Under the pieces are notes generated by a model. It was not told where the DNA came from. It did no database searches and saw only the letters and a program-made list of their open reading frames with translations. From Auanema rhodensis (lineage: Eukaryota; Animalia; Nematoda), in assembly GCA_964057225.1 (NCBI GenBank), contig OZ059896.1, forward strand, positions 1,674,001 through 1,738,000: a DNA stretch of 64,000 nt. The letters run 5' to 3'. Of this stretch, positions 37,201 to 51,600 are shown one piece after another. Every line of letters starts with the position of its first letter. Within the stretch, counting starts at the first letter, position 1. The translations under genes were made by a program, and so were the position numbers.

Positions 37201-39315
37201 CTTATATCCTCGATTTTCACCCTGAAGAAATAATTTTTTCGTTGAATAACATTGTCCATCGTTTTTGCCTTGAAAAAAGGAATCTAAAAACATCTACTTT
37301 TTGCTAAATTATTTTGAAATTTTTCGAAAAAATTTTTGTCAAAATGTTTTTGGAAGCAATTTTGAGTGTACATGGAAACTCAACATACACTAATGCATCA
37401 TTTTTCAAACGATCATAACTAATTTTTGTATTTAGCTTTTCTCAATGTTATATAGTGCATTCGATGCGGATTTTTAAGCTGCGTCGATCTGTACTATCAG
37501 ATTTGCGCTAGCTTAAAAATGCACCGAGATATCAACTGATATAAGTTCACACTTATATCCTCGATTTTCACCCTGAAGAATTAATTTTTTCGTTGAATAA
37601 CATTGTCTATCGTTTTTGCCTTGAAAAAAGGAATCTAAAAACATCTACTTTTTGCTAAATTATTTTCAAATTTTTCGAAAAAATTTTTGTCAAAATGTTT
37701 TTGGAAGCAATTTTGAGTGTACATGGAAACTCAACATACACTAATGCATCATTTTTCAAACGATCATAACTAATTTTTGTATTCAGCTTTTTTCAATGTA
37801 GTATAGTGCATTCGATGCGGATTTTTATGCTGCGTCGATCTGTGTTATCAGATTTGCGCTAGCTTAAAAATGCACCGAGATATCAACTGATATAAGTTCA
37901 CACTTATATCCTCGATTTTCACCCTGAAGAAATAATTTTTTCGTTGAATAACATTGTCCATCGTTTTTGCCTTGAAAAAAGGAATCTAAAAACATCTACT
38001 TTTTGCTAAATTATTTTGAAATTTTTCGAAAAAATTTTTGTCAAAATGTTTTTGGAAGCAATTTTGAGTGTACATGGAAACTCAACATACACTAATGCAT
38101 CATTTTTCAAACGATCATAACTAATTTTTGTATTTAGCTTTTCTCAATGTTATATAGTGCATTCGATGCGGATTTTTAAGCTGCGTCGATCTGTACTATC
38201 AGATTTGCGCTAGCTTAAAAATGCACCGAGATATCAACTGATATAAGTTCACACATATATCCTCGATTTTCACCCTGAAAAATTAATTTTTTCGTTGAAT
38301 AACATTGTCCATCGTTTTTGCCTTGAAAAAAGGAATCTAAAAACAACTACTTTTTGCTAAATTATTCTCAAATTTTTCGAAAAAATTTTTGTCAAAATGT
38401 TTTTGGAAGCAATTTTGAGTGTACATGGAAACTCAACATACACTAATGCATCATTTTTCAAACGATCATAACTAATTTTTGTATTTAGCTTTTCTCAATG
38501 TAGTATAGTGCATTCGATGCGGATTTTTAAGCTGCGTCGATCTGTACTATCAGATTTGCGCTAGCTTAAAAATGCACCGAGATATCAACTGATATAAGTT
38601 CACACTTATATCCTCGATTTTCACCCTGAAGAATTAATTTTTTCGTTGAATAACATTGTCCATCGTTTTTGCCTTGAAAAAAGGAATCTAAAAACATCTA
38701 CTTTTTGCTAAATTATTTTGAAATTTTTCGAAAAAATTTTTGTCAAAATGTTTTTGGAAGCAATTTTGAGTGTACATGGAAACTCAACATACACTAATGC
38801 ATCATTTTTCAAACGATCATAACTAATTTTTGTATTAAGCTTTTCTCAATGAAGTTTAGTGCATTCGATGCGGATTTTTAAGCTGCGTCGATCTGTGTTA
38901 TCAGATTTGCGCTAGCTTAAAAATGCACCGAGATATCAACTGATATAAGTTCACACTTATATCCTCGATTTTCACCCTGAAGAATTAATTTTTTCGTTGA
39001 ATAACATTGTCCATCGTTTTTGCCTTGAAAAAAGGAATCTAAAAACATCTACTTTTTGCTAAATTATTTTGAAATTTTTCGAAAAAATTTTTGTCAAAAT
39101 GTTTTTGGAAGCAATTTTGAGTGTACATGGAAACTCAACATACACTAATGCATCATTTTTCAAACGATCATAACTAATTTTTGTATTAAGCTTCTCTCAA
39201 TGAAGTTTAGTGCATTCGATGCGGATTTTTGAGCTGCGTAGATCTGTGTTATCAGATTTGCGCTAGCTTAAAAATGCACCGAGATATCAACTGATATAAG
39301 TTTACACTTATATCC
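31243..39315. repeat. Transition zone between satellite sub-lineages
   Basis: First appearances: A268T (31510), T21A (31614), T105C (31698), 224C (35678) and 224T (37433). The last GTAGATCT allele I saw is at 39240. Confidence 0.8.
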
Positions 39316-42300
39316 TCGATTTTCACCCTGAAGAAATAATTTTTTCGTTGAATAACATTGTTCATCGTTTTTGCCTTGAAAAAAGGAATCTAAAAACATC
39401 TACTTTTTGCTAAATTATTCTCAAATTTTTCGAAAAAATTTTTGTCAAAATGTTTTTGGAAGCAATTTTGAGTGTACATGGAAACTCAACATACACTAAT
39501 GCATCATTTTTCAAACGATCATAACTAATTTTTGTATTAAGCTTTTCTCAATGAAGTTTAGTGCATTCGATGCGGATTTTTAAGCTGCGTCGATCTGTGT
39601 TATCAGATTTGCGCTAGCTTAAAAATGCACCGAGATATCAACTGATATAAGTTCACACTTATATCCTCGATTTTCACCCTGAAGAATTAATTTTTTCGTT
39701 GAATAACATTGTCCATCGTTTTTGCCTTGAAAAAAGGAATCTAAAAACATCTACTTTTTGCTAAATTATTCTCAAATTTTTCGAAAAAATTTTTGTCAAA
39801 ATGTTTTTGGAAGCAATTTTGAGTGTACATGGAAACTCAACATACACTAATGCATCATTTTTCAAACGATCATAACTAATTTTTGTATTTAGCTTTTCTC
39901 AATGTAGTATAGTGCATTCGATGCGGATTTTTAAGCTGCGTCGATCTGTGTTATCAGATTTGCGCTAGCTTAAAAATGCACCGAGATATCAACTGATATA
40001 AGTTCACACTTATATCCTCGATTTTCACCCTGAAGAATTAATTTTTTCGTTGAATAACATTGTCTATCGTTTTTGCCTTGAAAAAAGGAATCTAAAAACA
40101 TCTACTTTTTGCTAAATTATTTTCAAATTTTTCGAAAAAATTTTTGTCAAAATGTTTTTGGAAGCAATTTTGAGTGTACATGGAAACTCAACATACACTA
40201 ATGCATCATTTTTCAAACGATCATAACTAATTTTTGTATTCAGCTTTTTTCAATGTAGTATAGTGCATTCGATGCGGATTTTTAAGCTGCGTCGATCTGT
40301 GTTATCAGATTTGCGCTAGCTTAAAAATGCACCGAGATATCAACTGATATAAGTTCACACTTATATCCTCGATTTTCACCCTGAAGAATTAATTTTTTCG
40401 TTGAATAACATTGTCCATCGTTTTTGCCTTGAAAAAAGGAATCTAAAAACATCTACTTTTTGCTAAATTATTCTCAAATTTTTCGAAAAAATTTTTGTCA
40501 AAATGTTTTTGGAAGCAATTTTGAGTGTACATGGAAACTCAACATACACTAATGCATCATTTTTCAAACGATCATAACTAATTTTTGTATTTAGCTTTTC
40601 TCAATGTAGTATAGTGCATTCGATGCGGATTTTTAAGCTGCGTCGATCTGTGTTATCAGATTTGCGCTAGCTTAAAAATGCACCGAGATATCAACTGATA
40701 TAAGTTCACACTTATATCCTCGATTTTCACCCTGAAGAATTCATTTTTTCGTTGAATAACATTGTCTATCGTTTTTGCCTTGAAAAAAGGAATCTAAAAA
40801 CATCTACTTTTTGCTAAATTATTTTCAAATTTTTCGAAAAAATTTTTGTCAAAATGTTTTTGGAAGCAATTTTGAGTGTACATGGAAACTCAACATACAC
40901 TAATGCATCATTTTTCAAACGATCATAACTAATTTTTGTATTCAGCTTTTTTCAATGTAGTATAGTGCATTCGATGCGGATTTTTATGCTGCGTCGATCT
41001 GTGTTATCAGATTTGCGCTAGCTTAAAAATGCACCGAGATATCAACTGATATAAGTTCACACTTATATCCTCGATTTTCACCCTGAAGAAATAATTTTTT
41101 CGTTGAATAACATTGTCCATCGTTTTTGCCTTGAAAAAAGGAATCTAAAAACATCTACTTTTTGCTAAATTATTTTGAAATTTTTCGAAAAAATTTTTGT
41201 CAAAATGTTTTTGGAAGCAATTTTGAGTGTACATGGAAACTCAACATACACTAATGCATCATTTTTCAAACGATCATAACTAATTTTTGTATTCAGCTTT
41301 TTTCAATGTAGTATAGTGCATTCGATGCGGATTTTTATGCTGCGTCGATCTGTGTTATCAGATTTGCGCTAGCTTAAAAATGCACCGAGATATCAACTGA
41401 TATAAGTTCACACTTATATCCTCGATTTTCACCCTGAAGAAATAATTTTTTCGTTGAATAACATTGTCCATCGTTTTTGCCTTGAAAAAAGGAATCTAAA
41501 AACATCTACTTTTTGCTAAATTATTTTGAAATTTTTCGAAAAAATTTTTGTCAAAATGTTTTTGGAAGCAATTTTGAGTGTACATGGAAACTCAACATAC
41601 ACTAATGCATCATTTTTCAAACGATCATAACTAATTTTTGTATTCAGCTTTTTTCAATGTAGTATAGTGCATTCGATGCGGATTTTTATGCTGCGTCGAT
41701 CTGTGTTATCAGATTTGCGCTAGCTTAAAAATGCACCGAGATATCAACTGATATAAGTTCACACATATATCCTCGATTTTCACCCTGAAGAATTAATTTT
41801 TTCGTTGAATAACATTGTCCATCGTTTTTGCCTTGAAAAAAGGAATCTAAAAACAACTACTTTTTGCTAAATTATTCTCAAATTTTTCGAAAAAATTTTT
41901 GTCAAAATGTTTTTGGAAGCAATTTTGAGTGTACATGGAAACTCAACATACACTAATGCATCATTTTTCAAACGATCATAACTAATTTTTGTATTCAGCT
42001 TTTTTCAATGTAGTATAGTGCATTCGATGCGGATTTTTAAGCTGCGTCGATCTGTACTATCAGATTTGCGCTAGCTTAAAAATGCACCGAGATATCAACT
42101 GATATAAGTTCACACATATATCCTCGATTTTCACCCTGAAGAAATAATTTTTTCGTTGAATAACATTGTCCATCGTTTTTGCCTTGGAAAAAGAAATCTA
42201 AAAACATCTACTTTTTGCTAAATTATTCTCAAATTTTTCGAAAAAATTTTTGTCAAAATGTTTTTGGAAGCAATTTTGAGTGTACATGGAAACTCAACAT

Positions 42301-45282
42301 ACACTAATGCATCATTTTTCAAACGATCATAACTAATTTTTGTATTTAGCTTTTCTCAATGTAGTATAGTGCATTCGATGCGGATTTTTAAGCTGCGTCG
42401 ATCTGTGTTATCAGATTTGCGCTAGCTTAAAAATGCACCGAGATATCAACTGATATAAGTTCACACTTATATCCTCGATTTTCACCCTGAAGAATTAATT
42501 TTTTCGTTGAATAACATTGTCCATCGTTTTTGCCTTGAAAAAAGGAATCTAAAAACATCTACTTTTTGCTAAATTATTCTCAAATTTTTCGAAAAAATTT
42601 TTGTCAAAATGTTTTTGGAAGCAATTTTGAGTGTACATGGAAACTCAACATACACTAATGCATCATTTTTCAAACGATCATAACTAATTTTTGTATTAAG
42701 CTTTTCTCAATGAAGTTTAGTGCATTCGATGCGGATTTTTATGCTGCGTCGATCTGTGTTATCAGATTTGCGCCAGCTTAAAAATGCACCGAGATATCAA
42801 CTGATATAAGTTCACACTTATATCCTCGATTTTCACCCTGAAGAAATAATTTTTTCGTTGAATAACATTGTCCATCGTTTTTGCCTTGAAAAAAGGAATC
42901 TAAAAACATCTACTTTTTGCTAAATTATTTTGAAATTTTTCGAAAAAATTTTTGTCAAAATGTTTTTGGAAGCAATTTTGAGTGTACATGGAAACTCAAC
43001 ATACACTAATGCATCATTTTTCAAACGATCATAACTAATTTTTGTATTTAGCTTTTCTCAATGTAGTATAGTGCATTCGATGCGGATTTTTAAGCTGCGT
43101 CGATCTGTGTTATCAGATTTGCGCTAGCTTAAAAATGCACCGAGATATCAACTGATATAAGTTCACACTTATATCCTCGATTTTCACCCTGAAGAATTAA
43201 TTTTTTCGTTGAATAACATTGTCCATCGTTTTTGCCTTGAAAAAAGGAATCTAAAAACATCTACTTTTTGCTAAAATATTTTGAAATTTTTCGAAAAAAT
43301 TTTTGTCAAAATGTTTTTGGAAGCAATTTTGAGTGTACATGGAAACTCAACATACACTAATGCATCATTTTTCAAACGATCATAACTAATTTTTGTATTT
43401 AGCTTTTCTCAATGTTATATAGTGCATTCGATGCGAATTTTTAAGCTGCGTCGATCTGTACTATCAGATTTGCGCTAGCTTAAAAATGCACCGAGATATC
43501 AACTGATATAAGTTTACACTTATATCCTCGATTTTCACCCTGAAGAAATAATTTTTTCGTTGAATAACATTGTCCATCGTTTTTGCCTTGAAAGAATGAA
43601 TCTAAAAACATCTACTTTTTGCTAAATTATTTTCAAATTTTTCGAAAAAATTTTTGTCAAAATGTTTTTGGAAGCAATTTTGAGTGTACATGGAAACTCA
43701 ACATACACTAATGCATCATTTTTCAAACGATCATAACTAATTTTTGTATTTAGCTTTTCTCAATGTTATATAGTGCATTCGATGCGGATTTTTAAGCTGC
43801 GTCGATCTGTGTTATCAGATTTGCGCTAGCTTAAAAATGCACCGAGATATCAACTGATATAAGTTCACACTTATATCCTCGATTTTCACCCTGAAGAATT
43901 AATTTTTTCGTTGAATAACATTGTCCATCGTTTTTGCCTTGAAAAAAGGAATCTAAAAACATCTACTTTTTGCTAAATTATTTTGAAATTTTTCGAAAAA
44001 ATTTTTGTCAAAATGTTTTTGGAAGCAATTTTGAGTGTACATGGAAACTCAACATACACTAATGCATCATTTTTCAAACGATCATAACTAATTTTTGTAT
44101 TTAGCTTTTCTCAATGTTATATAGTGCATTCGATGCGGATTTTTAAGCTGCGTCGATCTGTACTATCAGATTTGCGCTAGCTTAAAAATGCACCGAGATA
44201 TCAACTGATATAAGTTCACACATATATCCTCGATTTTCACCCTGAAGAATTAATTTTTTCGTTGAATAACATTGTCCATCGTTTTTGCCTTGAAAAAAGG
44301 AATCTAAAAACAACTACTTTTTGCTAAATTATTCTCAAATTTTTCGAAAAAATTTTTGTCAAAATGTTTTTGGAAGCAATTTTGAGTGTACATGGAAACT
44401 CAACATACACTAATGCATCATTTTTCAAACGATCATAACTAATTTTTGTATTTAGCTTTTCTCAATGTAGTATAGTGCATTCGATGCGGATTTTTATGCT
44501 GCGTCGATCTGTGTTATCAGATTTGCGCTAGCTTAAAAATGCACCGAGATATCAACTGATATAAGTTCACACTTATATCCTCGATTTTCACCCTGAAGAA
44601 ATAATTTTTTCGTTGAATAACATTGTCCATCGTTTTTGCCTTGAAAAAAGGAATCTAAAAACATCTACTTTTTGCTAAATTATTTTGAAATTTTTCGAAA
44701 AAATTTTTGTCAAAATGTTTTTGGAAGCAATTTTGAGTGTACATGGAAACTCAACATACACTAATGCATCATTTTTCAAACGATCATAACTAATTTTTGT
44801 ATTTAGCTTTTCTTAATGTAGTATAGTGCATTCGATGCGGATTTTTAAGCTGCGTCGATCTGTGTTATCAGATTTGCGCTAGCTTAAAAATGCACCGAGA
44901 TATCAACTGATATAAGTTCACACTTATATCCTCGATTTTCACCCTGAAGAATTAATTTTTTCGTTGAATATCATTGTCCATCGTTTTTGCCTTGAAAAAA
45001 GGAATCTAAAAACATCTACTTTTTGCTAAATTATTCTCAAATTTTTCGAAAAAATTTTTGTCAAAATGTTTTTGGAAGCAATTTTGAGTGTACATGGAAA
45101 CTCAACATACACTAATGCATCATTTTTCAAACGATCATAACTAATTTTTGTATTAAGCGTTTCTCAATGTAGTATAGTGCATTCGATGCGGATTTTTAAG
45201 CTGCGTCGATCTGTGTTATCAGATTTGCGCTAGCTTAAAAATGCACCGAGATATCAACTGATATAAGTTCACACTTATATCC

Positions 45283-48200
45283 TCGATTTTCACCCTGAAG
45301 AAATAATTTTTTCGTTGAATAACATTGTCCATCGTTTTTGCCTTGAAAAAAGGAATCTAAAAACATCTACTTTTTGCTAAATTATTTTGAAATTTTTCGA
45401 AAAAATTTTTGTCAAAATGTTTTTGGAAGCAATTTTGAGTGTACATGGAAACTCAACATACACTAATGCATCATTTTTCAAACGATCATAACTAATTTTT
45501 GTATTTAGCTTTTCTTAATGTAGTATAGTGCATTCGATGCGGATTTTTAAGCTGCGTCGATCTGTGTTATCAGATTTGCGCTAGCTTAAAAATGCACCGA
45601 GATATCAACTGATATAAGTTCACACTTATATCCTCGATTTTCACCCTGAAGAATTAATTTTTTCGTTGAATATCATTGTCCATCGTTTTTGCCTTGAAAA
45701 AAGGAATCTAAAAACATCTACTTTTTGCTAAATTATTCTCAAATTTTTCGAAAAAATTTTTGTCAAAATGTTTTTGGAAGCAATTTTGAGTGTACATGGA
45801 AACTCAACATACACTAATGCATCATTTTTCAAACGATCATAACTAATTTTTGTATTAAGCGTTTCTCAATGTAGTATAGTGCATTCGATGCGGATTTTTA
45901 AGCTGCGTCGATCTGTGTTATCAGATTTGCGCTAGCTTAAAAATGCACCGAGATATCAACTGATATAAGTTCACACTTATATCCTCGATTTTCACCCTGA
46001 AGAATTAATTTTTTCGTTGAATAACATTGTCCATCGTTTTTGCCTTGAAAAAAGGAATTTAAAAACATCTACTTTTTGCTAAATTATTTTGAAATTTTTC
46101 GAAAAAATTTTTGTCAAAATGTTTTTGGAAGCAATTTTGAGTGTACATGGAAACTCAACATACACTAATGCATCATTTTTCAAACGATCATAACTAATTT
46201 TTGTATTCAGCTTTTTTCAATGTAGTATAGTGCATTCGATGCGGATTTTTATGCTGCGTCGATCTGTGTTATCAGATTTGCGCTAGCTTAAAAATGCACC
46301 GAGATATCAACTGATATAAGTTTACACTTATATCCTCGATTTTCACCCTGAAGAAATAATTTTTTCGTTGAATAACATTGTCCATCGTTTTTGCCTTGAA
46401 AAAAGGAATCTAAAAACATCTACTTTTTGCTAAATTATTTTGAAATTTTTCGAAAAAATTTTTGTCAAAATGTTTTTGGAAGCAATTTTGAGTGTACATG
46501 GAAACTCAACATACACTAATGCATCATTTTTCAAACGATCATAACTAATTTTTGTATTCAGCTTTTTTCAATGTAGTATAGTGCATTCGATGCGGATTTT
46601 TATGCTGCGTCGATCTGTGTTATCAGATTTGCGCTAGCTTAAAAATGCACCGAGATATCAACTGATATAAGTTTACACTTATATCCTCGATTCTCACCCT
46701 GAAGAAATAATTTTTTCGTTGAATAACATTGTCCATCGTTTTTGCCTTGAAAAAAGGAATCTAAAAACATCTACTTTTTGCTAAATTATTTTGAAATTTT
46801 TCGAAAAAATTTTTGTCAAAATGTTTTTGGAAGCAATTTTGAGTGTACATGGAAACTCAACATACACTAATGCATCATTTTTCAAACGATCATAACTAAT
46901 TTTTGTATTTAGCTTTTCTTAATGTAGTATAGTGCATTCGATGCGGATTTTTAAGCTGCGTCGATCTGTGTTATCAGATTTGCGCTAGCTTAAAAATGCA
47001 CCGAGATATCAACTGATATAAGTTCACACTTATATCCTCGATTTTCACCCTGAAGAATTAATTTTTTCGTTGAATATCATTGTCCATCGTTTTTGCCTTG
47101 AAAAAAGGAATCTAAAAACATCTACTTTTTGCTAAATTATTCTCAAATTTTTCGAAAAAATTTTTGTCAAAATGTTTTTGGAAGCAATTTTGAGTGTACA
47201 TGGAAACTCAACATACACTAATGCATCATTTTTCAAACGATCATAACTAATTTTTGTATTAAGCGTTTCTCAATGTAGTATAGTGCATTCGATGCGGATT
47301 TTTAAGCTGCGTCGATCTGTGTTATCAGATTTGCGCTAGCTTAAAAATGCACCGAGATATCAACTGATATAAGTTCACACTTATATCCTCGATTTTCACC
47401 CTGAAGAATTAATTTTTTCGTTGAATAACATTGTCCATCGTTTTTGCCTTGAAAAAAGGAATTTAAAAACATCTACTTTTTGCTAAATTATTTTGAAATT
47501 TTTCGAAAAAATTTTTGTCAAAATGTTTTTGGAAGCAATTTTGAGTGTACATGGAAACTCAACATACACTAATGCATCATTTTTCAAACGATCATAACTA
47601 ATTTTTGTATTCAGCTTTTTTCAATGTAGTATAGTGCATTCGATGCGGATTTTTATGCTGCGTCGATCTGTGTTATCAGATTTGCGCTAGCTTAAAAATG
47701 CACCGAGATATCAACTGATATAAGTTTACACTTATATCCTCGATTTTCACCCTGAAGAAATAATTTTTTCGTTGAATAACATTGTCCATCGTTTTTGCCT
47801 TGAAAAAAGGAATCTAAAAACATCTACTTTTTGCTAAATTATTTTGAAATTTTTCGAAAAAATTTTTGTCAAAATGTTTTTGGAAGCAATTTTGAGTGTA
47901 CATGGAAACTCAACATACACTAATGCATCATTTTTCAAACGATCATAACTAATTTTTGTATTCAGCTTTTTTCAATGTAGTATAGTGCATTCGATGCGGA
48001 TTTTTATGCTGCGTCGATCTGTGTTATCAGATTTGCGCTAGCTTAAAAATGCACCGAGATATCAACTGATATAAGTTTACACTTATATCCTCGATTCTCA
48101 CCCTGAAGAAATAATTTTTTCGTTGAATAACATTGTCCATCGTTTTTGCCTTGAAAAAAGGAATCTAAAAACATCTACTTTTTGCTAAATTATTTTGAAA

Positions 48201-48300
48201 TTTTTCGAAAAAATTTTTGTCAAAATGTTTTTGGAAGCAATTTTGAGTGTACATGGAAACTCAACATACACTAATGCATCATTTTTCAAACGATCATAAC
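45283..48300. repeat. 4-monomer (1404 bp) duplication
   Basis: GGAATTTAAA at 46059/47463 and GATTCTCACC at 46693/48097. Confidence 0.8.
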
Positions 48301-48469
48301 TAATTTTTGTATTTAGCTTTTCTCAATGTAATATAGTGCATTCGATGCGGATTTTCAAGCTGCGTCGATCTGTGTTATCAGATTTGCGCTAGCTTAAAAA
48401 TGCACCGAGATATCAACTGATATAAGTTCACACTTATATCCTCGATTTTCACCCTGAAGAATTAATTTT

Positions 48470-51400
48470 TTCGTTGAATAACATTGTCCATCGTTTTTGC
48501 CTTGAAAAAAGGAATCTAAAAACATCTACTTTTTGCTAAATTATTTTGAAATTTTTCGAAAAAATTTTTGTCAAAATGTTTTTGGAAGCAATTTTGAGTG
48601 TACATGGAAACTCAACATACACTAATGCATCATTTTTCAAACGATCATAACTAATTTTTGTATTAAGCGTTTTTCAATGTTGTATAGTGCATTCGATGCG
48701 GATTTTTAAGCTGCGTCGATCTGTACTATCAGATTTGCGCTAGCTTGAAAATGCACCGAGATATCAACTGATATAAGTTCACACCTATATCCTCGATTTT
48801 CACCCTGAAGAATTAATTTTTTCGTTGAATAACATTGTCTATCGTTTTTGCCTTGAAAAAAGGAATCTAAAAACATCTACTTTTTGCTAAATTATTCTCT
48901 AATTTTTCGAAAAAATTTTTGTCAAAATGTTTTTGGAAGCAATTTTGAGTGTACATGGAAACTCAACATACACTAATGCATCATTTTTCAAACGATCATA
49001 ACTAATTTTTGTATTAAGCGTTTCTCAATGTAGTATAGTGCATTCGATGCGGATTTTTAAGCTGCGTCGATCTGTACTATCAGATTTGCGCTAGCTTGAA
49101 AATGCACCGAGATATCAACTGATATAAGTTCACACCTATATCCTCGATTTTCACCCTGAAGAATTAATTTTTTCGTTCAATAACATTGTCTATCGTTTTT
49201 GCCTTGAAAAAAGGAATCTAAAAACATCTACTTTTTGCTAAATTATTCTCAAATTTTTCGAAAAAATTTTTGTCAAAATGTTTTTGGAAGCAATTTTGAG
49301 TGTACATGGAAACTCAACATACACTAATGCATCATTTTTCAAACGATCATAACTAATTTTTGTATTTAGCTTTTCTCAATGTAGTATAGTGCATTCGATG
49401 CGGATTTTTAAGCTGCGTCGATCTGTGTTATCAGATTTGCGCTAGCTTAAAAATGCACCGAGATATCAACTGATATAAGTTCACACTTATATCCTCGATT
49501 TTCACCCTGAAGAATTAATTTTTTCGTTGAATAACATTGTCTATCGTTTTTGCCTTGAAAAAAGGAATCTAAAAACATCTACTTTTTGCTAAATTATTTT
49601 GAAATTTTTCGAAAAAATTTTTGTCAAAATGTTTTTGGAAGCAATTTTGAGTGTACATGGAAACTCAACATACACTAATGCATCATTTTTCAAACGATCA
49701 TAACTAATTTTTGTATTCAGCTTTTTTCAATGTAGTATAGTGCATTCGATGCGGATTTTTATGCTGCGTCGATCTGTGTTATCAGATTTGCGCTAGCTTA
49801 AAAATGCACCGAGATATCAACTGATATAAGTTCACACTTATATCCTCGATTTTCACCCTGAAGAAATAATTTTTTCGTTGAATAACATTGTCCATCGTTT
49901 TTGCCTTGAAAAAAGGAATCTAAAAACATCTACTTTTTGCTAAATTATTTTGAAATTTTTCGAAAAAATTTTTGTCAAAATGTTTTTGGAAGCAATTTTG
50001 AGTGTACATGGAAACTCAACATACACTAATGCATCATTTTTCAAACGATCATAACTAATTTTTGTATTAAGCGTTTTTCAATGTTGTATAGTGCATTCGA
50101 TGCGGATTTTTAAGCTGCGTCGATCTGTACTATCAGATTTGCGCTAGCTTGAAAATGCACCGAGATATCAACTGATATAAGTTCACACCTATATCCTCGA
50201 TTTTCACCCTGAAGAATTAATTTTTTCGTTGAATAACATTGTCTATCGTTTTTGCCTTGAAAAAAGGAATCTAAAAACATCTACTTTTTGCTAAATTATT
50301 CTCTAATTTTTCGAAAAAATTTTTGTCAAAATGTTTTTGGAAGCAATTTTGAGTGTACATGGAAACTCAACATACACTAATGCATCATTTTTCAAACGAT
50401 CATAACTAATTTTTGTATTAAGCGTTTCTCAATGTAGTATAGTGCATTCGATGCGGATTTTTAAGCTGCGTCGATCTGTACTATCAGATTTGCGCTAGCT
50501 TGAAAATGCACCGAGATATCAACTGATATAAGTTCACACCTATATCCTCGATTTTCACCCTGAAGAATTAATTTTTTCGTTCAATAACATTGTCTATCGT
50601 TTTTGCCTTGAAAAAAGGAATCTAAAAACATCTACTTTTTGCTAAATTATTCTCAAATTTTTCGAAAAAATTTTTGTCAAAATGTTTTTGGAAGCAATTT
50701 TGAGTGTACATGGAAACTCAACATACACTAATGCATCATTTTTCAAACGATCATAACTAATTTTTGTATTTAGCTTTTCTCAATGTAGTATAGTGCATTC
50801 GATGCGGATTTTTAAGCTGCGTCGATCTGTGTTATCAGATTTGCGCTAGCTTAAAAATGCACCGAGATATCAACTGATATAAGTTCACACTTATATCCTC
50901 GATTTTCACCCTGAAGAATTAATTTTTTCGTTGAATAACATTGTCTATCGTTTTTGCCTTGAAAAAAGGAATCTAAAAACATCTACTTTTTGCTAAATTA
51001 TTTTGAAATTTTTCGAAAAAATTTTTGTCAAAATGTTTTTGGAAGCAATTTTGAGTGTACATGGAAACTCAACATACACTAATGCATCATTTTTCAAACG
51101 ATCATAACTAATTTTTGTATTCAGCTTTTTTCAATGTAGTATAGTGCATTCGATGCGGATTTTTATGCTGCGTCGATCTGTGTTATCAGATTTGCGCTAG
51201 CTTAAAAATGCACCGAGATATCAACTGATATAAGTTCACACTTATATCCTCGATTTTCACCCTGAAGAAATAATTTTTTCGTTGAATAACATTGTCCATC
51301 GTTTTTGCCTTGAAAAAAGGAATCTAAAAACATCTACTTTTTGCTAAATTATTTTGAAATTTTTCGAAAAAATTTTTGTCAAAATGTTTTTGGAAGCAAT

Positions 51401-51470
51401 TTTGAGTGTACATGGAAACTCAACATACACTAATGCATCATTTTTCAAACGATCATAACTAATTTTTGTA
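48470..51470. repeat. 4-monomer (1404 bp) duplication
   Basis: ATTCTCTAA at 48900/50304 and GTTCAATA at 49178/50582. Confidence 0.82.
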
Positions 51471-51600
51471 TTTAGCTTTTCTTAATGTAGTATAGTGCAT
51501 TCGATGCGGATTTTTAAGCTGCGTCGATCTGTGTTATCAGATTTGCGCTAGCTTAAAAATGCACCGAGATATCAACTGATATAAGTTCACACTTATATCC

